DNA from: an uncultured Methylophilaceae bacterium
GTDB lineage: Bacteria; Pseudomonadota; Gammaproteobacteria; Burkholderiales; Methylophilaceae
Length of the DNA stretch: 64,000 bases
Reading direction: 5' to 3'
Assembly: GCA_964620425.1 (NCBI GenBank)
Contig: CAZUGV010000008.1
Span: forward strand, 3,628 to 67,627
Part shown: piece by piece, positions 34,481-44,317 of the stretch
Layout: every line of letters begins with the position of its first letter
Numbering within the stretch: the stretch's first letter is position 1
Made by a program: the position numbers and the translations under genes
Notes under the pieces: generated by a model
The model's database searches: none
What the model saw: the letters and a program-made list of their open reading frames with translations, nothing else
Told to the model about the DNA's origin: nothing

Positions 34481-35956
34481 ATGATGAGATTATCTACTAA
34501 TTTACACACAAAAATAATGCGTGTTGTTTTATGTTTAGCCTTGTTTTGCACTGCTATGTTGAGTGTTGGCGATGAGAATGACTTGCCCGATTTGGGTGAT
34601 TCATCTGCAACCGTTTTGTCGCCATTGCAAGAACAGCGTATTGCCGATGAGATTATGCGTGAAGTGATGGCGAGTGATGATGTGGTTGGCGATACGGAGG
34701 TCACTGATTATGTACAGGCACTGGGAAATCGGTTGGCGGAGAGTGGGCCTGATAAAAATCAAAAATTTAACTTTTTTGTGTTAAATGAGAAATCCATCAA
34801 TGCGTTTGCGATGCCTGGCGGTGTAATTGGGGTGCATACGGGGTTAATTTTGGCAGCAAGCAGTGAATCTGAGGTGGCGGGCGTATTGGGGCATGAGATT
34901 GGGCATGTGGTGCAGCGCCATATGGCACGTATGGTTGCGAAACAAAAGCAAGATTCGGTTATCAATATGGTGGGGATGGCTGCGGCAATTTTAGTGGCGC
35001 GCGGTAGCCCGCAGTTGGCTTCTGGGGCGTTGACTGCATCAATGGCAAATGGCGTTCAGCAGCGGTTAGACTATACACGCGAGCATGAACGCGAGGCGGA
35101 TCGTGTGGGGATGCAAATCTTAGAAAAAGCGGGTTTTGATACGCATGCCATGGCAACTTTTTTTGAAACTTTGCAGAAAGGTTCACGCTTTGCGGAGGGT
35201 AATTCACCTTCGTTTTTGCGCACTCACCCGTTAACCGTTGAGCGGATTGCGGATGTGAAAAGTCGTGAATCAAACGCCAATTTTAGAATGATGGCATATA
35301 GCCCAGATTTTGATTATGTAAAGGCTAAACTGATTGCGAGCTTGAGTAACCCCGTGCTTGCAATTGAGATATTTAAGGGTAATTTAGAGCAAAAAAAATA
35401 CAACAACGAAGCATCGCAGCATTATGGTTTAGCACTTGCTTATCTCCGCAAAAACGATTTAATTGCAGCGGATAAAGCGTTGCAATGGCTTAAGCAAAAT
35501 GCACCTAAACATGCTATGTTTGCAGTATTGACAGCGAATCTTGAAGTGGCAAAAAATCGACCAGAATATGCTGCCAAAGCCTATGTGGCAGGCTTGGCCG
35601 ATTACCCAACAAACCGTGCCTTGATTGATGGCTATGCAGAGCACATGATAAGAACCAATCAACTAGAGCTTGCTCTAACATTCATCGAAAGTAAGCAGAG
35701 CCTTTATTTAGACGATCCTATTTTTTATGAATTAAAATCTCGCATTTACACGATGCAAGGCAAAAATTTATTGCGTCACCAAGCCCAAGCTGAGGCGTAT
35801 TTTAGGCGTTACAATTTACCAAAAGCGATTGAGCAGATGGAGCTAGCGACTAAAGCGGGCGATGGCGATTTTTATCAACAATCTATCGTAGAAGCACGCT
35901 TGAAAGAGCTGAAGCTAAAAGTGGTCGCGCCCGAGAAAAAAGGGGTTTTTTGGTGA
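34481..35956 (+). CDS. M48-family metalloprotease with C-terminal TPR region (BepA/YfgC-like)
   Basis: HEIGHVVQRH zinc motif with a downstream EREADRVG, then TPR-like helices. The start is ATG 34481 or ATG 34517 (signal peptide MRVVLCLALFCTAMLSVG). Confidence 0.85.
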   Translation: MMRLSTNLHTKIMRVVLCLALFCTAMLSVGDENDLPDLGDSSATVLSPLQEQRIADEIMREVMASDDVVGDTEVTDYVQALGNRLAESGPDKNQKFNFFVLNEKSINAFAMPGGVIGVHTGLILAASSESEVAGVLGHEIGHVVQRHMARMVAKQKQDSVINMVGMAAAILVARGSPQLASGALTASMANGVQQRLDYTREHEREADRVGMQILEKAGFDTHAMATFFETLQKGSRFAEGNSPSFLRTHPLTVERIADVKSRESNANFRMMAYSPDFDYVKAKLIASLSNPVLAIEIFKGNLEQKKYNNEASQHYGLALAYLRKNDLIAADKALQWLKQNAPKHAMFAVLTANLEVAKNRPEYAAKAYVAGLADYPTNRALIDGYAEHMIRTNQLELALTFIESKQSLYLDDPIFYELKSRIYTMQGKNLLRHQAQAEAYFRRYNLPKAIEQMELATKAGDGDFYQQSIVEARLKELKLKVVAPEKKGVFW

Positions 35957-35976
35957 GTTTAAACATTTGAGGCAAT

Positions 35977-36444
35977 ATGAAAATTCAAAACAATATCCAG
36001 CATACGCGTAGGCAGTTTTTAGGTCGCATCTGCGCTTTGAGTGCAGCGATGCTGTTGTTGCCGATGAAGGCATTGGCTAATGTTTGGAATAAATCAGCAT
36101 TCGATTCTGTAACGCTTGCTGAAGCTACCAAAAATCTCAATATAAAATCAGAAATCCAGAGTTCTAAAATTGAAATTATTGCGCCAGATAAAGCCGAAAA
36201 CGGCGCAGTGGTGCAGGTGGAAATTAACAGTCATATTGCCAATACAGAATCTATTTCACTCTTTTCTGAGAAAAATCCCACCCCTTTTGTGGCGGAATAT
36301 GTGTTTAGTATCGGAGCGTTACCTTATGTGGTTACGCGCATCAAAATGGCAGAAACATGCGATTTAAAAGTGGTGGTTAAGGCAAATAATCAATATTTTA
36401 CTGCCAGCAAGCGCGTTGAAGTGCTTGAGAATGGGTGCGGTTAA
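35977..36444 (+). CDS. soxY: thiosulfate-oxidation carrier protein SoxY
   Basis: 155 aa. Tat signal (TRRQFLGRICALSAAMLLLP) and a C-terminal swinging-arm cysteine (VLENGCG-stop). Followed by soxZ. Confidence 0.75.
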   Translation: MKIQNNIQHTRRQFLGRICALSAAMLLLPMKALANVWNKSAFDSVTLAEATKNLNIKSEIQSSKIEIIAPDKAENGAVVQVEINSHIANTESISLFSEKNPTPFVAEYVFSIGALPYVVTRIKMAETCDLKVVVKANNQYFTASKRVEVLENGCG

Positions 36445-36448
36445 GGCG

Positions 36449-36766
36449 ATGGCAAACGATATTAAAATGCGTGCCCAATTCAAAGGCGATTTCACTGAGG
36501 TGAAAGTGCTGATGAGCCACCCAATGGAAACTGGTCGCCGCAAAAATGAAGCGAATGAAGTCATCCCCGCGCATTTTGTGCAACTTGTCACCGCCACCCT
36601 CAACGGCAAAACAGTGCTTGAAGCGCAATGGGGTACTGGCGTTTCTAAAAACCCTTACCTAACTTTTAGGCTGGCAAACGCAAAAGTGGGCGATACGGTT
36701 GCGGTGAATTGGATGGATAATTTAGGTCAAACTAGTAGCCAGCAAATTCAGGTAGTGCTGGCGTAG
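36449..36766 (+). CDS. soxZ: thiosulfate-oxidation carrier complex protein SoxZ
   Basis: Start ATG 36449, 5 nt after the soxY stop. MANDIKMRAQFKGDFTEVKVLMSHPMETGRRK...PAHFV is SoxZ-like. Confidence 0.75.
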   Translation: MANDIKMRAQFKGDFTEVKVLMSHPMETGRRKNEANEVIPAHFVQLVTATLNGKTVLEAQWGTGVSKNPYLTFRLANAKVGDTVAVNWMDNLGQTSSQQIQVVLA

Positions 36767-36768
36767 CG

Positions 36769-37389
36769 TCATTCTAAATTAAGCGGAAACTGCAAAAGTT
36801 GTTTCAGCAACGGAATGGTCACTGTGCGCTTGTAGGTAAGTGACCACTCATCTAAAGCGTTAATGGTAGCGACTAACGATGGTAAATCTCTACGCAAATA
36901 ACGCAAGCAGTATTCAATCACTTCATCGGGTAGTTTCATGTTGCGCGCATTGGCGTAGTTTTTAAGCGCTTGCGCTTTTTCTTCGTCACTTAGCGGGTGT
37001 AGTTGATAGGTTAAGCCCCAAGCCAAGCGCGTGGCTAAATCATCACGCAACCCCATTTGCGTGGGGGCGGCGATGCCAGCGGTAATGAGTGTGCCGCCAT
37101 TTTCACGTAGTTGGTTGTAGGTATTGAATAATTCAATCTGTTGCTCATCTGATAACTTGTGTACGTCATCGGCAAAGTGAATGTTTTGAATTTGCGCTCT
37201 TTGCTTAACGGCTTCTAACAAATGTGTTTTGCCACTGCCCTTTTCACCCCAAAGATAAATAAATGGTGTTTGTGCGTTACTGCTGATGGCAAGCTGCAAG
37301 CTGTTCAGCGCTTCTGCATTGCGACCGATAACAAAGTTCTCTAAACTGGGTTTGGGAGGTGGGGCTATATCTAACAATAACTGCTTCAT
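36769..37389 (-). CDS. hda: DnaA regulatory inactivator Hda
   Basis: 206 aa. AAA+ Walker A GEKGSGKTHLL, DnaA-domain-III-like. Position next to perM/purM. Confidence 0.8.
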   Translation of the reverse strand: MKQLLLDIAPPPKPSLENFVIGRNAEALNSLQLAISSNAQTPFIYLWGEKGSGKTHLLEAVKQRAQIQNIHFADDVHKLSDEQQIELFNTYNQLRENGGTLITAGIAAPTQMGLRDDLATRLAWGLTYQLHPLSDEEKAQALKNYANARNMKLPDEVIEYCLRYLRRDLPSLVATINALDEWSLTYKRTVTIPLLKQLLQFPLNLE

Positions 37390-37411
37390 GTGTGGAGGTG
37401 CTTATTTGAGG

Positions 37412-37560
37412 TAAGGAAAGACGGAATAAGTCGTTGAGCGTGATGAAGTGCGAGGCGCACGGAACGCAGAAGCCGAGATAGTATGTATGATACAGCGAGG
37501 TTGCGAGTACCGCGCAACGAAGCAATTTGCACGCGTAGACACTTATTCAGTCTTTCCGTA
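37412..37560. repeat. about 150-nt intergenic element bracketed by a 16-bp (15/16) inverted repeat, GC-rich core
   Basis: ggaaagacggaataag (37415-37430) against cttattcagtctttcc (37542-37557). The right arm includes the perM stop codon. The core has local hairpins (tgcg-agg-cgca; gttgcg-agtaccg-cgcaac). Confidence 0.6.
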
Positions 37561-38670
37561 AAAGTCGCTTTGAAAATAGTGTTGTTTGGCGTGACGCAAA
37601 CCAACGGCAATGGCAGCGCTCACTGGCAATGCGACCAAGATGCCAGTAAAACCAAATAATTGCCCACCTGCCAATAAGGCGAATATGACTGCCACTGGGT
37701 GCAAGCCGATGCGATCACCCACTAAGCAAGGTGTAAGCCACATACTTTCCACCACTTGTCCTGCACCAAAAACGGCGAGTACTGGTATCAAATGATCTAA
37801 GCTGGAATATTGCAAAATAGCGGCCATGATGGCGAGTGAAACGCCTGTAATGATGCCCAAATACGGTACAAAACCAAGTAGCCCTGATAGTAAACCAATG
37901 GGGATGGCGAGTTCTAAACCTGTGAATAATAGCCCGACCGAATATAAAAAGCTCATGGTGAGCATGACAGAAAGTTGACCACGTAAAAAACCTGAAAGCA
38001 CTTGGTCGATTTCCTGCGCTATTTCTGTAGTTTTATCGAGCCAACAGCGTGGAATGGTTTCGGCAATATTGGCAACTAGCGCGTGCCAATCGCGCAATAA
38101 GTAAAACAGCACCACAGGCAATAACAATAAATTCGCCAGCCAGCCGATAAGCGCTAATCCATGATTGCTCAGTGCGAGTAAAAATTGTCCAAGATAATTT
38201 GAGGCACTTTTCCAATTTTTGGTGAGTACCTCTTGTAGTTGCGCAGTATCAAAAATTGGGCTGATGCCAAAGTGTTGCATCAACCATGGTTCTACTTGCA
38301 CACGAAAGTTGTTGAGGTAATAAGGTAGGCGCTCAATAACGGTATTGGTTTCTTTTTGTAAGAGGGGGGTCACAATTAACAATAGTGCCAACAGCACCAG
38401 CGCCAACAGTAACATGACAGCAAGACTCGCGCATATGCGACCAATTTTTCGTTTAGCTATTTGCACTTGCGCCAATGTATCGACAAGTGGATTGCAAATG
38501 TACGACAGAATAACTGCAATTAAAAAAGGCGAAAGTATGGGCAAAAGCAAGTAAACAAGCCACAAACAGGCGACCGCGAGCAAAATCAAGCGGTAATCTG
38601 GTAATCCTTTTTCATTTTTTTGAGGCATTTCGGGTAAAATTGTCATCTTAGTTAAAATTATAGTATTCAA
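37543..38670 (-). CDS. AI-2E family transporter (PerM/YhhT-like permease)
   Basis: 375 aa polytopic membrane protein with the typical family layout. The start is TTG 38670 or ATG 38646. Confidence 0.8.
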   Translation of the reverse strand: MNTIILTKMTILPEMPQKNEKGLPDYRLILLAVACLWLVYLLLPILSPFLIAVILSYICNPLVDTLAQVQIAKRKIGRICASLAVMLLLALVLLALLLIVTPLLQKETNTVIERLPYYLNNFRVQVEPWLMQHFGISPIFDTAQLQEVLTKNWKSASNYLGQFLLALSNHGLALIGWLANLLLLPVVLFYLLRDWHALVANIAETIPRCWLDKTTEIAQEIDQVLSGFLRGQLSVMLTMSFLYSVGLLFTGLELAIPIGLLSGLLGFVPYLGIITGVSLAIMAAILQYSSLDHLIPVLAVFGAGQVVESMWLTPCLVGDRIGLHPVAVIFALLAGGQLFGFTGILVALPVSAAIAVGLRHAKQHYFQSDFYGKTE

Positions 38671-38714
38671 ACAACCTTTTAGCTCGGCTATTTTTAGTAT
38701 GGGCTGTTTTTATC

Positions 38715-39797
38715 TTGTGGAAAGCGAGACGCAACTTGAATTCTGACCAATCAAACAATCAATCTGCAAACCCTTCAATCAGCTATCGTGATGCTGGCGT
38801 GGACATTGAGGCAGGCGATGCTTTGGTCGAGCAAATTAAGCCTTTTGCCAAGCGTACCATGCGCCCAGAAGTTTTGGGTGGGATTGGTGGCTTTGGCTCA
38901 CTTTTTGAAATGCCGAAAAAATTTAAAAACCCTGTGCTGGTTTCGGGTACGGATGGCGTGGGTACAAAGCTAAAGCTAGCTTTCCAACTCAATAAGCACG
39001 ATACCGTTGGCATTGATTTAGTCGCCATGAGCGTGAACGATATTTTAGTGCAAGGCGCAGAACCGCTGTTTTTCTTGGATTATTTTGCATGCGGCAAACT
39101 AGAAGTAGGTACGGCTGCTGACGTGATTAAGGGCATCGCCCAAGGTTGCGAGCAATCTGGTTGCGCGTTGGTGGGTGGCGAAACGGCTGAAATGCCAGGC
39201 ATGTACCCCGCTGGTGAATACGACTTAGCAGGCTTTGCAGTAGGTTGCGTAGATAAAGAAAAAATCATTAACGGCACTACGATTGCAGAAGGCGATGTGG
39301 TGCTTGGCTTGGCTTCAAGTGGTGCGCATTCAAATGGTTATTCACTTATTCGCAAATTGATTGAAAAATCAGGCATTGATATGGATAGCGATTTTAACGG
39401 TAAGCCATTCCGCGATGTGGTGATGGCACCAACACGTATTTACGTAAAACCTTTGTTAAAACTAATCGAAACCATGTCTGTAAAAGGCATGGCGCATATC
39501 ACAGGTGGCGGCATTACCGAAAACGTACCGCGTGTATTGCCAGAAGGCTTAACAGCGGAAGTGAAAAAAGGCAGTTGGGAAATGCCGCCTTTGTTCACGT
39601 GGTTGCAAGCACAAGGCAATGTGGCAGATTCTGAAATGTATAAAACCTTTAACTGCGGCATTGGCATGGTAGTGATTATGTCTGCTGAAAACGCACAAGC
39701 TGCCTATGATTTATTATTGTCTGAAGGTGAGCAAGTCTGGAAAATCGGTCACATTCGCAAGCAAGCTGCTGGGGAACATGCAACTGTAGTGATTTAA
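38715..39797 (+). CDS. purM: phosphoribosylformylglycinamidine cyclo-ligase (AIR synthetase) PurM
   Basis: [22 protein letters not shown]...[12 protein letters not shown]...[11 protein letters not shown] is canonical PurM. The start is uncertain (TTG 38715 or TTG 38736). Confidence 0.9.
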   Translation: MWKARRNLNSDQSNNQSANPSISYRDAGVDIEAGDALVEQIKPFAKRTMRPEVLGGIGGFGSLFEMPKKFKNPVLVSGTDGVGTKLKLAFQLNKHDTVGIDLVAMSVNDILVQGAEPLFFLDYFACGKLEVGTAADVIKGIAQGCEQSGCALVGGETAEMPGMYPAGEYDLAGFAVGCVDKEKIINGTTIAEGDVVLGLASSGAHSNGYSLIRKLIEKSGIDMDSDFNGKPFRDVVMAPTRIYVKPLLKLIETMSVKGMAHITGGGITENVPRVLPEGLTAEVKKGSWEMPPLFTWLQAQGNVADSEMYKTFNCGIGMVVIMSAENAQAAYDLLLSEGEQVWKIGHIRKQAAGEHATVVI

Positions 39798-39871
39798 TCG
39801 CCAACCAAAATTTGGCTGGTGCGTTGAATTTCTCACAGTAAACAATTCTTACCTTATTTTTGAGGAAAAAC

Positions 39872-40597
39872 ATGAGAACACTTCCGCACCGTTATTTGCT
39901 AAGTTTGTATTTGTTGAGTTTGACTTTTAGTAGCAATGCTTGCTTTGCAGCGGATAAAGTAGTTGCAACACCGCAAAAAATTGAGATGGAGTATCAGGTC
40001 ACAAGAAATGGTCAACCTTTTGCCACGCTGAATGAGCGATTTGTGATTGAAAATGGCCGATACACGCTCGAAAGCGTAACCAAGGGTAAAGGTGTTTACG
40101 TGTTATTCGGCAAGCGTGTGTTGACGAGCGAAGGCGAAGTCACTGCTGAAGGCCTGAAACCAAGCCATTTTGAGGCATTGCAAAATAATGTCAAAAAGCA
40201 AATAGCAGATTTTGATTGGCAAGCGAATGTCTTGACCTTAAACAACAAAGGCAATATCGAAACAGTCGCCTTAGAGAAAGGCGCACAAGATTTAGCCAGC
40301 TTTTCTTACCAGTTTATGTTTAGCCCTGTAAAAGCTGACGAGGTTAATTTGCCACTCACTACAGGTAGAAATTTACGCAGGTATCACTACAAAGTGCTTG
40401 AGCGAAATGTGGTTTTAGAAACCCCTGTCGCAAATTATAAAACAGTGCATTTAATCAATGCGAGTACCGACCCAAAAGATGATAAAAAAGAGTTCTGGTT
40501 AGGTGCGGAAAATCATCACCTGCCAGTCAAAATTGTTTTGCATGACGACACTGGCGCGACGATTGAGCAAGTGCTCTCTAGCGTCACTATTGAGTAG
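39872..40597 (+). CDS. DUF3108-like secreted protein
   Basis: Start ATG 39872 (GAGGA SD) with a signal peptide. Clearly paralogous to the C-terminal half of the next gene (GLKPSHFE / ADFDWQANVL / GAQDLASFSYQFMF / FWLGAENHHLPVKI). Confidence 0.65.
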   Translation: MRTLPHRYLLSLYLLSLTFSSNACFAADKVVATPQKIEMEYQVTRNGQPFATLNERFVIENGRYTLESVTKGKGVYVLFGKRVLTSEGEVTAEGLKPSHFEALQNNVKKQIADFDWQANVLTLNNKGNIETVALEKGAQDLASFSYQFMFSPVKADEVNLPLTTGRNLRRYHYKVLERNVVLETPVANYKTVHLINASTDPKDDKKEFWLGAENHHLPVKIVLHDDTGATIEQVLSSVTIE

Positions 40598-40642
40598 TTC
40601 CCCCATTTTTTGCTTGGGAACATTGATAAAGCGACAACCTTG

Positions 40643-41731
40643 ATGGATATGCAAAACCTGAAACGGCTTGCAGTTGCGGTGTTGATTTCTGCGCTTTTAC
40701 ATTGGTTGCTTCTGGATAGTTTTAATTGGCAATTAGCGAGTAGTGCGTTAGTGCATGATGAGATTGACGTTGTGTTGATACCACCGCTAATTGCGCCCGC
40801 GGGTAATGCGTCTGAACCTAGCGCCGAAAAGTTAACCCAAGCAAAACCTAGTAAGCTTAAACCGACTAGTAAGATTACATCGAACAAAACAGCCCAACCA
40901 ACTCACCAATCAACGCCATCGCCTGATCCCATTGGGGGGGATGTGCAAAATAGTTTGGTTGCCGCGCCTGAGGTGTCAGGAGATAACGCAATTCATCAAG
41001 CTGAGGTGGGTTTAGATAGCAAAAGTTCGACAGAGTCAGTAGCGCAGACAGGTGATCCGAAGCTAGCAGATAGTGGGGTGGTTGAGCAGTTGCAACCACC
41101 ACCAACGCAAATCGATATGCTATTTGATGTGCTACACAAAGGTAAAATCGGTGAAGCAGAAGTGCATTTTGTGAATAGCACAGATGGGCATTATCGACTC
41201 ACCAGCGAACGGCGGGCGACTGGTGTTGCGGCATTTTTTGTTAAATCGAAAGATATAGAAGTGAGTGAGGGCTTGGTAACAGCGAGAGGGTTATCCCCTA
41301 CCAGCTTCACGCATCAATTTGGTAAAAATGGTCAAAAAGTCCATCATGCGGATTTTGATTGGGCAACAACCCAACTAAGTATGCAAAATAACGGTGTAAG
41401 CAATTCCGTGACGCTGCCACAAGGCACGCAAGATATGCTGAGTTTTATGTTTCAATTTATCTATGTGCCACCACTCACCGAGATGCAAGTGTTTATCACG
41501 AATGGACGAAAACTAAATCAATATGCCTACCGCTTTGAGGGGGAAGAGGAAATTGAAACCAGTCTGGGCAAAGTTAGAACTTTACACATTGCGAAAAACA
41601 GCAATGAAAGTGAAGGTAAGCTTGATCTTTGGCTGGGCGTAGATTATCACTATTTACCCATGAAAATCCGTAAAATAGACAAAGATGACAAAGTGTATGA
41701 GCAAGTGATTACTTCGCTTAAAGCTAAATAG
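40643..41731 (+). CDS. DUF3108-like protein with N-terminal TM anchor and Pro/Ser/Thr-rich linker
   Basis: TM helix LAVAVLISALLHWLLL, then a P/S/T/K-rich linker, then GLSPTSFTHQF / ADFDWATTQLS / GTQDMLSFMFQFIY / LWLGVDYHYLPMKI. Confidence 0.65.
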   Translation: MDMQNLKRLAVAVLISALLHWLLLDSFNWQLASSALVHDEIDVVLIPPLIAPAGNASEPSAEKLTQAKPSKLKPTSKITSNKTAQPTHQSTPSPDPIGGDVQNSLVAAPEVSGDNAIHQAEVGLDSKSSTESVAQTGDPKLADSGVVEQLQPPPTQIDMLFDVLHKGKIGEAEVHFVNSTDGHYRLTSERRATGVAAFFVKSKDIEVSEGLVTARGLSPTSFTHQFGKNGQKVHHADFDWATTQLSMQNNGVSNSVTLPQGTQDMLSFMFQFIYVPPLTEMQVFITNGRKLNQYAYRFEGEEEIETSLGKVRTLHIAKNSNESEGKLDLWLGVDYHYLPMKIRKIDKDDKVYEQVITSLKAK

Positions 41732-41760
41732 CAGCAATAACCATTTAATCGAGAACAACA

Positions 41761-43080
41761 ATGCAAAGTATCAACCCCAATTTATTACGCCTCGCGGGCA
41801 TGGCGTTAGCCGATGTGCTGACTAATACAGGCCCAGCCGATGCCAAGTTAGGCTGGTTTTTTAAACAAAATCGGGAGCTAGGCACTAAAGACCGCGCTTT
41901 TGTGGCGGAATCAGTCTATGGCGTGTTGCGCCGCAAATCTTACCTCGAGTATGTGTGCGATGGCGATGACCCGCGTAAGCTCCTATTGGCTTTGCTATTG
42001 CGCGTGCAAGGCATGAGCATGCGTGATTTAGAGGAAACGCTCAACAGCCAGCAAAAAGAGTGGGCGAAAGAAATTAAAGCGAAAAATACCGATAACTTAC
42101 CTAAGTATATGCAAGCTGACTTGCCTGAATGGTTTTGGGATACTTTGGTGACCCAATATGGTGAAGAGCAAGCACTCACCATAGCGCGTAGCATGCACCA
42201 GCCAGCACCTTTAGATTTGCGTGTGAACACCCTGAAAGCTAGCAGAGAAGATATATTGGCTTTGTTTGCTAAAGAAAACACCGCACCAACGCTCACACCA
42301 TTTTCACCGCTCGGTTTGCGTATGCCGCAAAAAATGACGATTAGCCGCCATAAAATGTTTACCGATGGCAAAATTGAAGTGCAAGATGAAGGTAGCCAAA
42401 TTCTAGCGCAAATTGTCGCCCCAAGACGCGGTGAAATGATTGCAGATTTTTGCGCAGGCGCAGGCGGAAAAACATTAGCGATGGGCGCAATCATGCGCAA
42501 CACGGGGCGTTTATATGCCTTCGATGTGTCTGAAAAACGATTGGATAACTTAGGTGTGCGTCTCAAGCGTTCGGGCTTATCCAACTTGCATGCGCAGGTC
42601 ATTACGAGTGAGGCGGATCCTAAATTAAAACGCTTAAATGGTAAGTTTGACCGAGTGTTGGTGGATGCGCCGTGTAGTGGCTTGGGTACGCTACGCCGCA
42701 ACCCCGATTTAAAATGGCGTCAAACCCCACAAGATATTATTGAGCTAACCGCGAAACAAACCCGAATTTTAGAACGCGCTGCAAAATTGGTAAAAGCAGG
42801 TGGACGCTTGGTTTACGCGACGTGTAGTTTGATAAAAGAAGAAAACGAGCAAATTGCAGAAGCGTTTTTAGCCAGCCACGCCGAGTTCAAACTTGTGCCA
42901 GCGCATGAAGTGTTGGCACAACAACAAATTGATTTAAATACAGGCGACTATTTAAAAATGTTGCCGCATTTACATCAAACTGATGGTTTCTTTGCGGCTG
43001 TTTTTGAAAAGGCCGCCGCAGTTAAAAAAACGGCGGAAGCTAAGAGTGATGCGTTATCTGATACAAAGGAAGTAGATTGA
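41761..43080 (+). CDS. RsmB/NOP2/Sun-family SAM-dependent RNA cytosine-C5 methyltransferase
   Basis: 439 aa. NusB-like N-terminus, the SAM motif DFCAGAGGKT, and the catalytic motifs DAPCSGLGTLRRNPD and YATCS. Confidence 0.85.
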   Translation: MQSINPNLLRLAGMALADVLTNTGPADAKLGWFFKQNRELGTKDRAFVAESVYGVLRRKSYLEYVCDGDDPRKLLLALLLRVQGMSMRDLEETLNSQQKEWAKEIKAKNTDNLPKYMQADLPEWFWDTLVTQYGEEQALTIARSMHQPAPLDLRVNTLKASREDILALFAKENTAPTLTPFSPLGLRMPQKMTISRHKMFTDGKIEVQDEGSQILAQIVAPRRGEMIADFCAGAGGKTLAMGAIMRNTGRLYAFDVSEKRLDNLGVRLKRSGLSNLHAQVITSEADPKLKRLNGKFDRVLVDAPCSGLGTLRRNPDLKWRQTPQDIIELTAKQTRILERAAKLVKAGGRLVYATCSLIKEENEQIAEAFLASHAEFKLVPAHEVLAQQQIDLNTGDYLKMLPHLHQTDGFFAAVFEKAAAVKKTAEAKSDALSDTKEVD

Positions 43081-44312
43081 AATCTGCCAGCTTAAGCCTC
43101 AATGTACAAATCCTTATCGGTGCAGTGATTGGCGTGCTGTTAGGGGTGTATTTTCACAGCTTGGGGGCTGAGCATCATGCAGTAAAAAGCGGCCTATATG
43201 CCGCTAACATTATCGGCACGCTGTTTGTCGATTTGCTGAAAATGATTTTGATACCCTTAGTTTTTTGTAGTATTGCTTGCGGCATAGCGAATTTGCGCCA
43301 GCACCAGCAAATGCACAAAGTTTGGGTGACGACACTTATCTTTTTTGCAAGCAGCATGGCGATCGCCATGCTGGTGGGGATGAGCGCAAGTCTTTACTTT
43401 AAACCGGGCAGTGGCTTAACCGTTGGGCTGTTTCAAGAGGCGATGCAAAACTTTGAGGCAAAACAAATGCCGTTGCCCGAATTTCTCACGACATTTTTAC
43501 ATGGCTTGTTTGTGAATCCATTCAAAGCGTTGGCTGAAGGGAATGTCTTAGCCGTGCTCATATTCGCGATATTCTTGGGAATTGCATTAGTGGTGGGTGG
43601 CGAGCGCTATAAAAATATTTTAAGCTTGCTGCAAGAGGCGTTGGACATTACCATGCAAATCGTTCATTGGGTGATGCGGCTGGCGCCTTATGGAATTGCG
43701 GCTTTATTGATTAAGCTGATCGCCGTGCAAGATGTTGCGATGTTGGGTACTTTGGCTAAATTCGTGGCGCTTATTGCAGGGACATTGCTATTACATGGCG
43801 CTGTTATTTTACCGTTGATTCTGTTTCTATTCACAGGCAAAACACCGTTATGGTTTTGGCGTGGCGCAAGAGAGTCGCTAGTCACGGCATTTGCCACCAG
43901 CTCAAGCTCAGCCACTTTGCCAGTTACCTTGCGTTGCACCACTCAGCATTTACATGTGAAACCTGAAATTGCGGGCTTTGTGATCCCGCTCGGCGCAACC
44001 GTGAACATGGATGGCACCGCGCTATATGAAGCCGCAGCCGCACTATTTATTGCTAATTTGATGGGCATAGATCTCAGCTTTTCCCAACAAGTGGTGGTTT
44101 TTATCACAGCGATGATTGCCGCGATTGGTGCCCCTGGCATCCCAAGCGCAGGCATGGTGACCATGGTGATGGTGTTGCAATCCGTTGGTTTGCCCGCCGA
44201 AGCGATTGCCATTTTACTGCCCGTAGACCGCATACTCGATACCTTGCGAACTGCTGTCAATGTTGAAGGTGATATGGTCGGTAGTTTAATCGTGCAGAAA
44301 CTCTTGAAATAA
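43077..44312 (+). CDS. dicarboxylate/amino acid:cation symporter (DAACS family)
   Basis: 411 aa polytopic protein with the signature TSSSSATLPVTL and the motif VNMDGTALYEA. Confidence 0.85.
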   Translation: MKSASLSLNVQILIGAVIGVLLGVYFHSLGAEHHAVKSGLYAANIIGTLFVDLLKMILIPLVFCSIACGIANLRQHQQMHKVWVTTLIFFASSMAIAMLVGMSASLYFKPGSGLTVGLFQEAMQNFEAKQMPLPEFLTTFLHGLFVNPFKALAEGNVLAVLIFAIFLGIALVVGGERYKNILSLLQEALDITMQIVHWVMRLAPYGIAALLIKLIAVQDVAMLGTLAKFVALIAGTLLLHGAVILPLILFLFTGKTPLWFWRGARESLVTAFATSSSSATLPVTLRCTTQHLHVKPEIAGFVIPLGATVNMDGTALYEAAAALFIANLMGIDLSFSQQVVVFITAMIAAIGAPGIPSAGMVTMVMVLQSVGLPAEAIAILLPVDRILDTLRTAVNVEGDMVGSLIVQKLLK

Positions 44313-44317
44313 GCACT

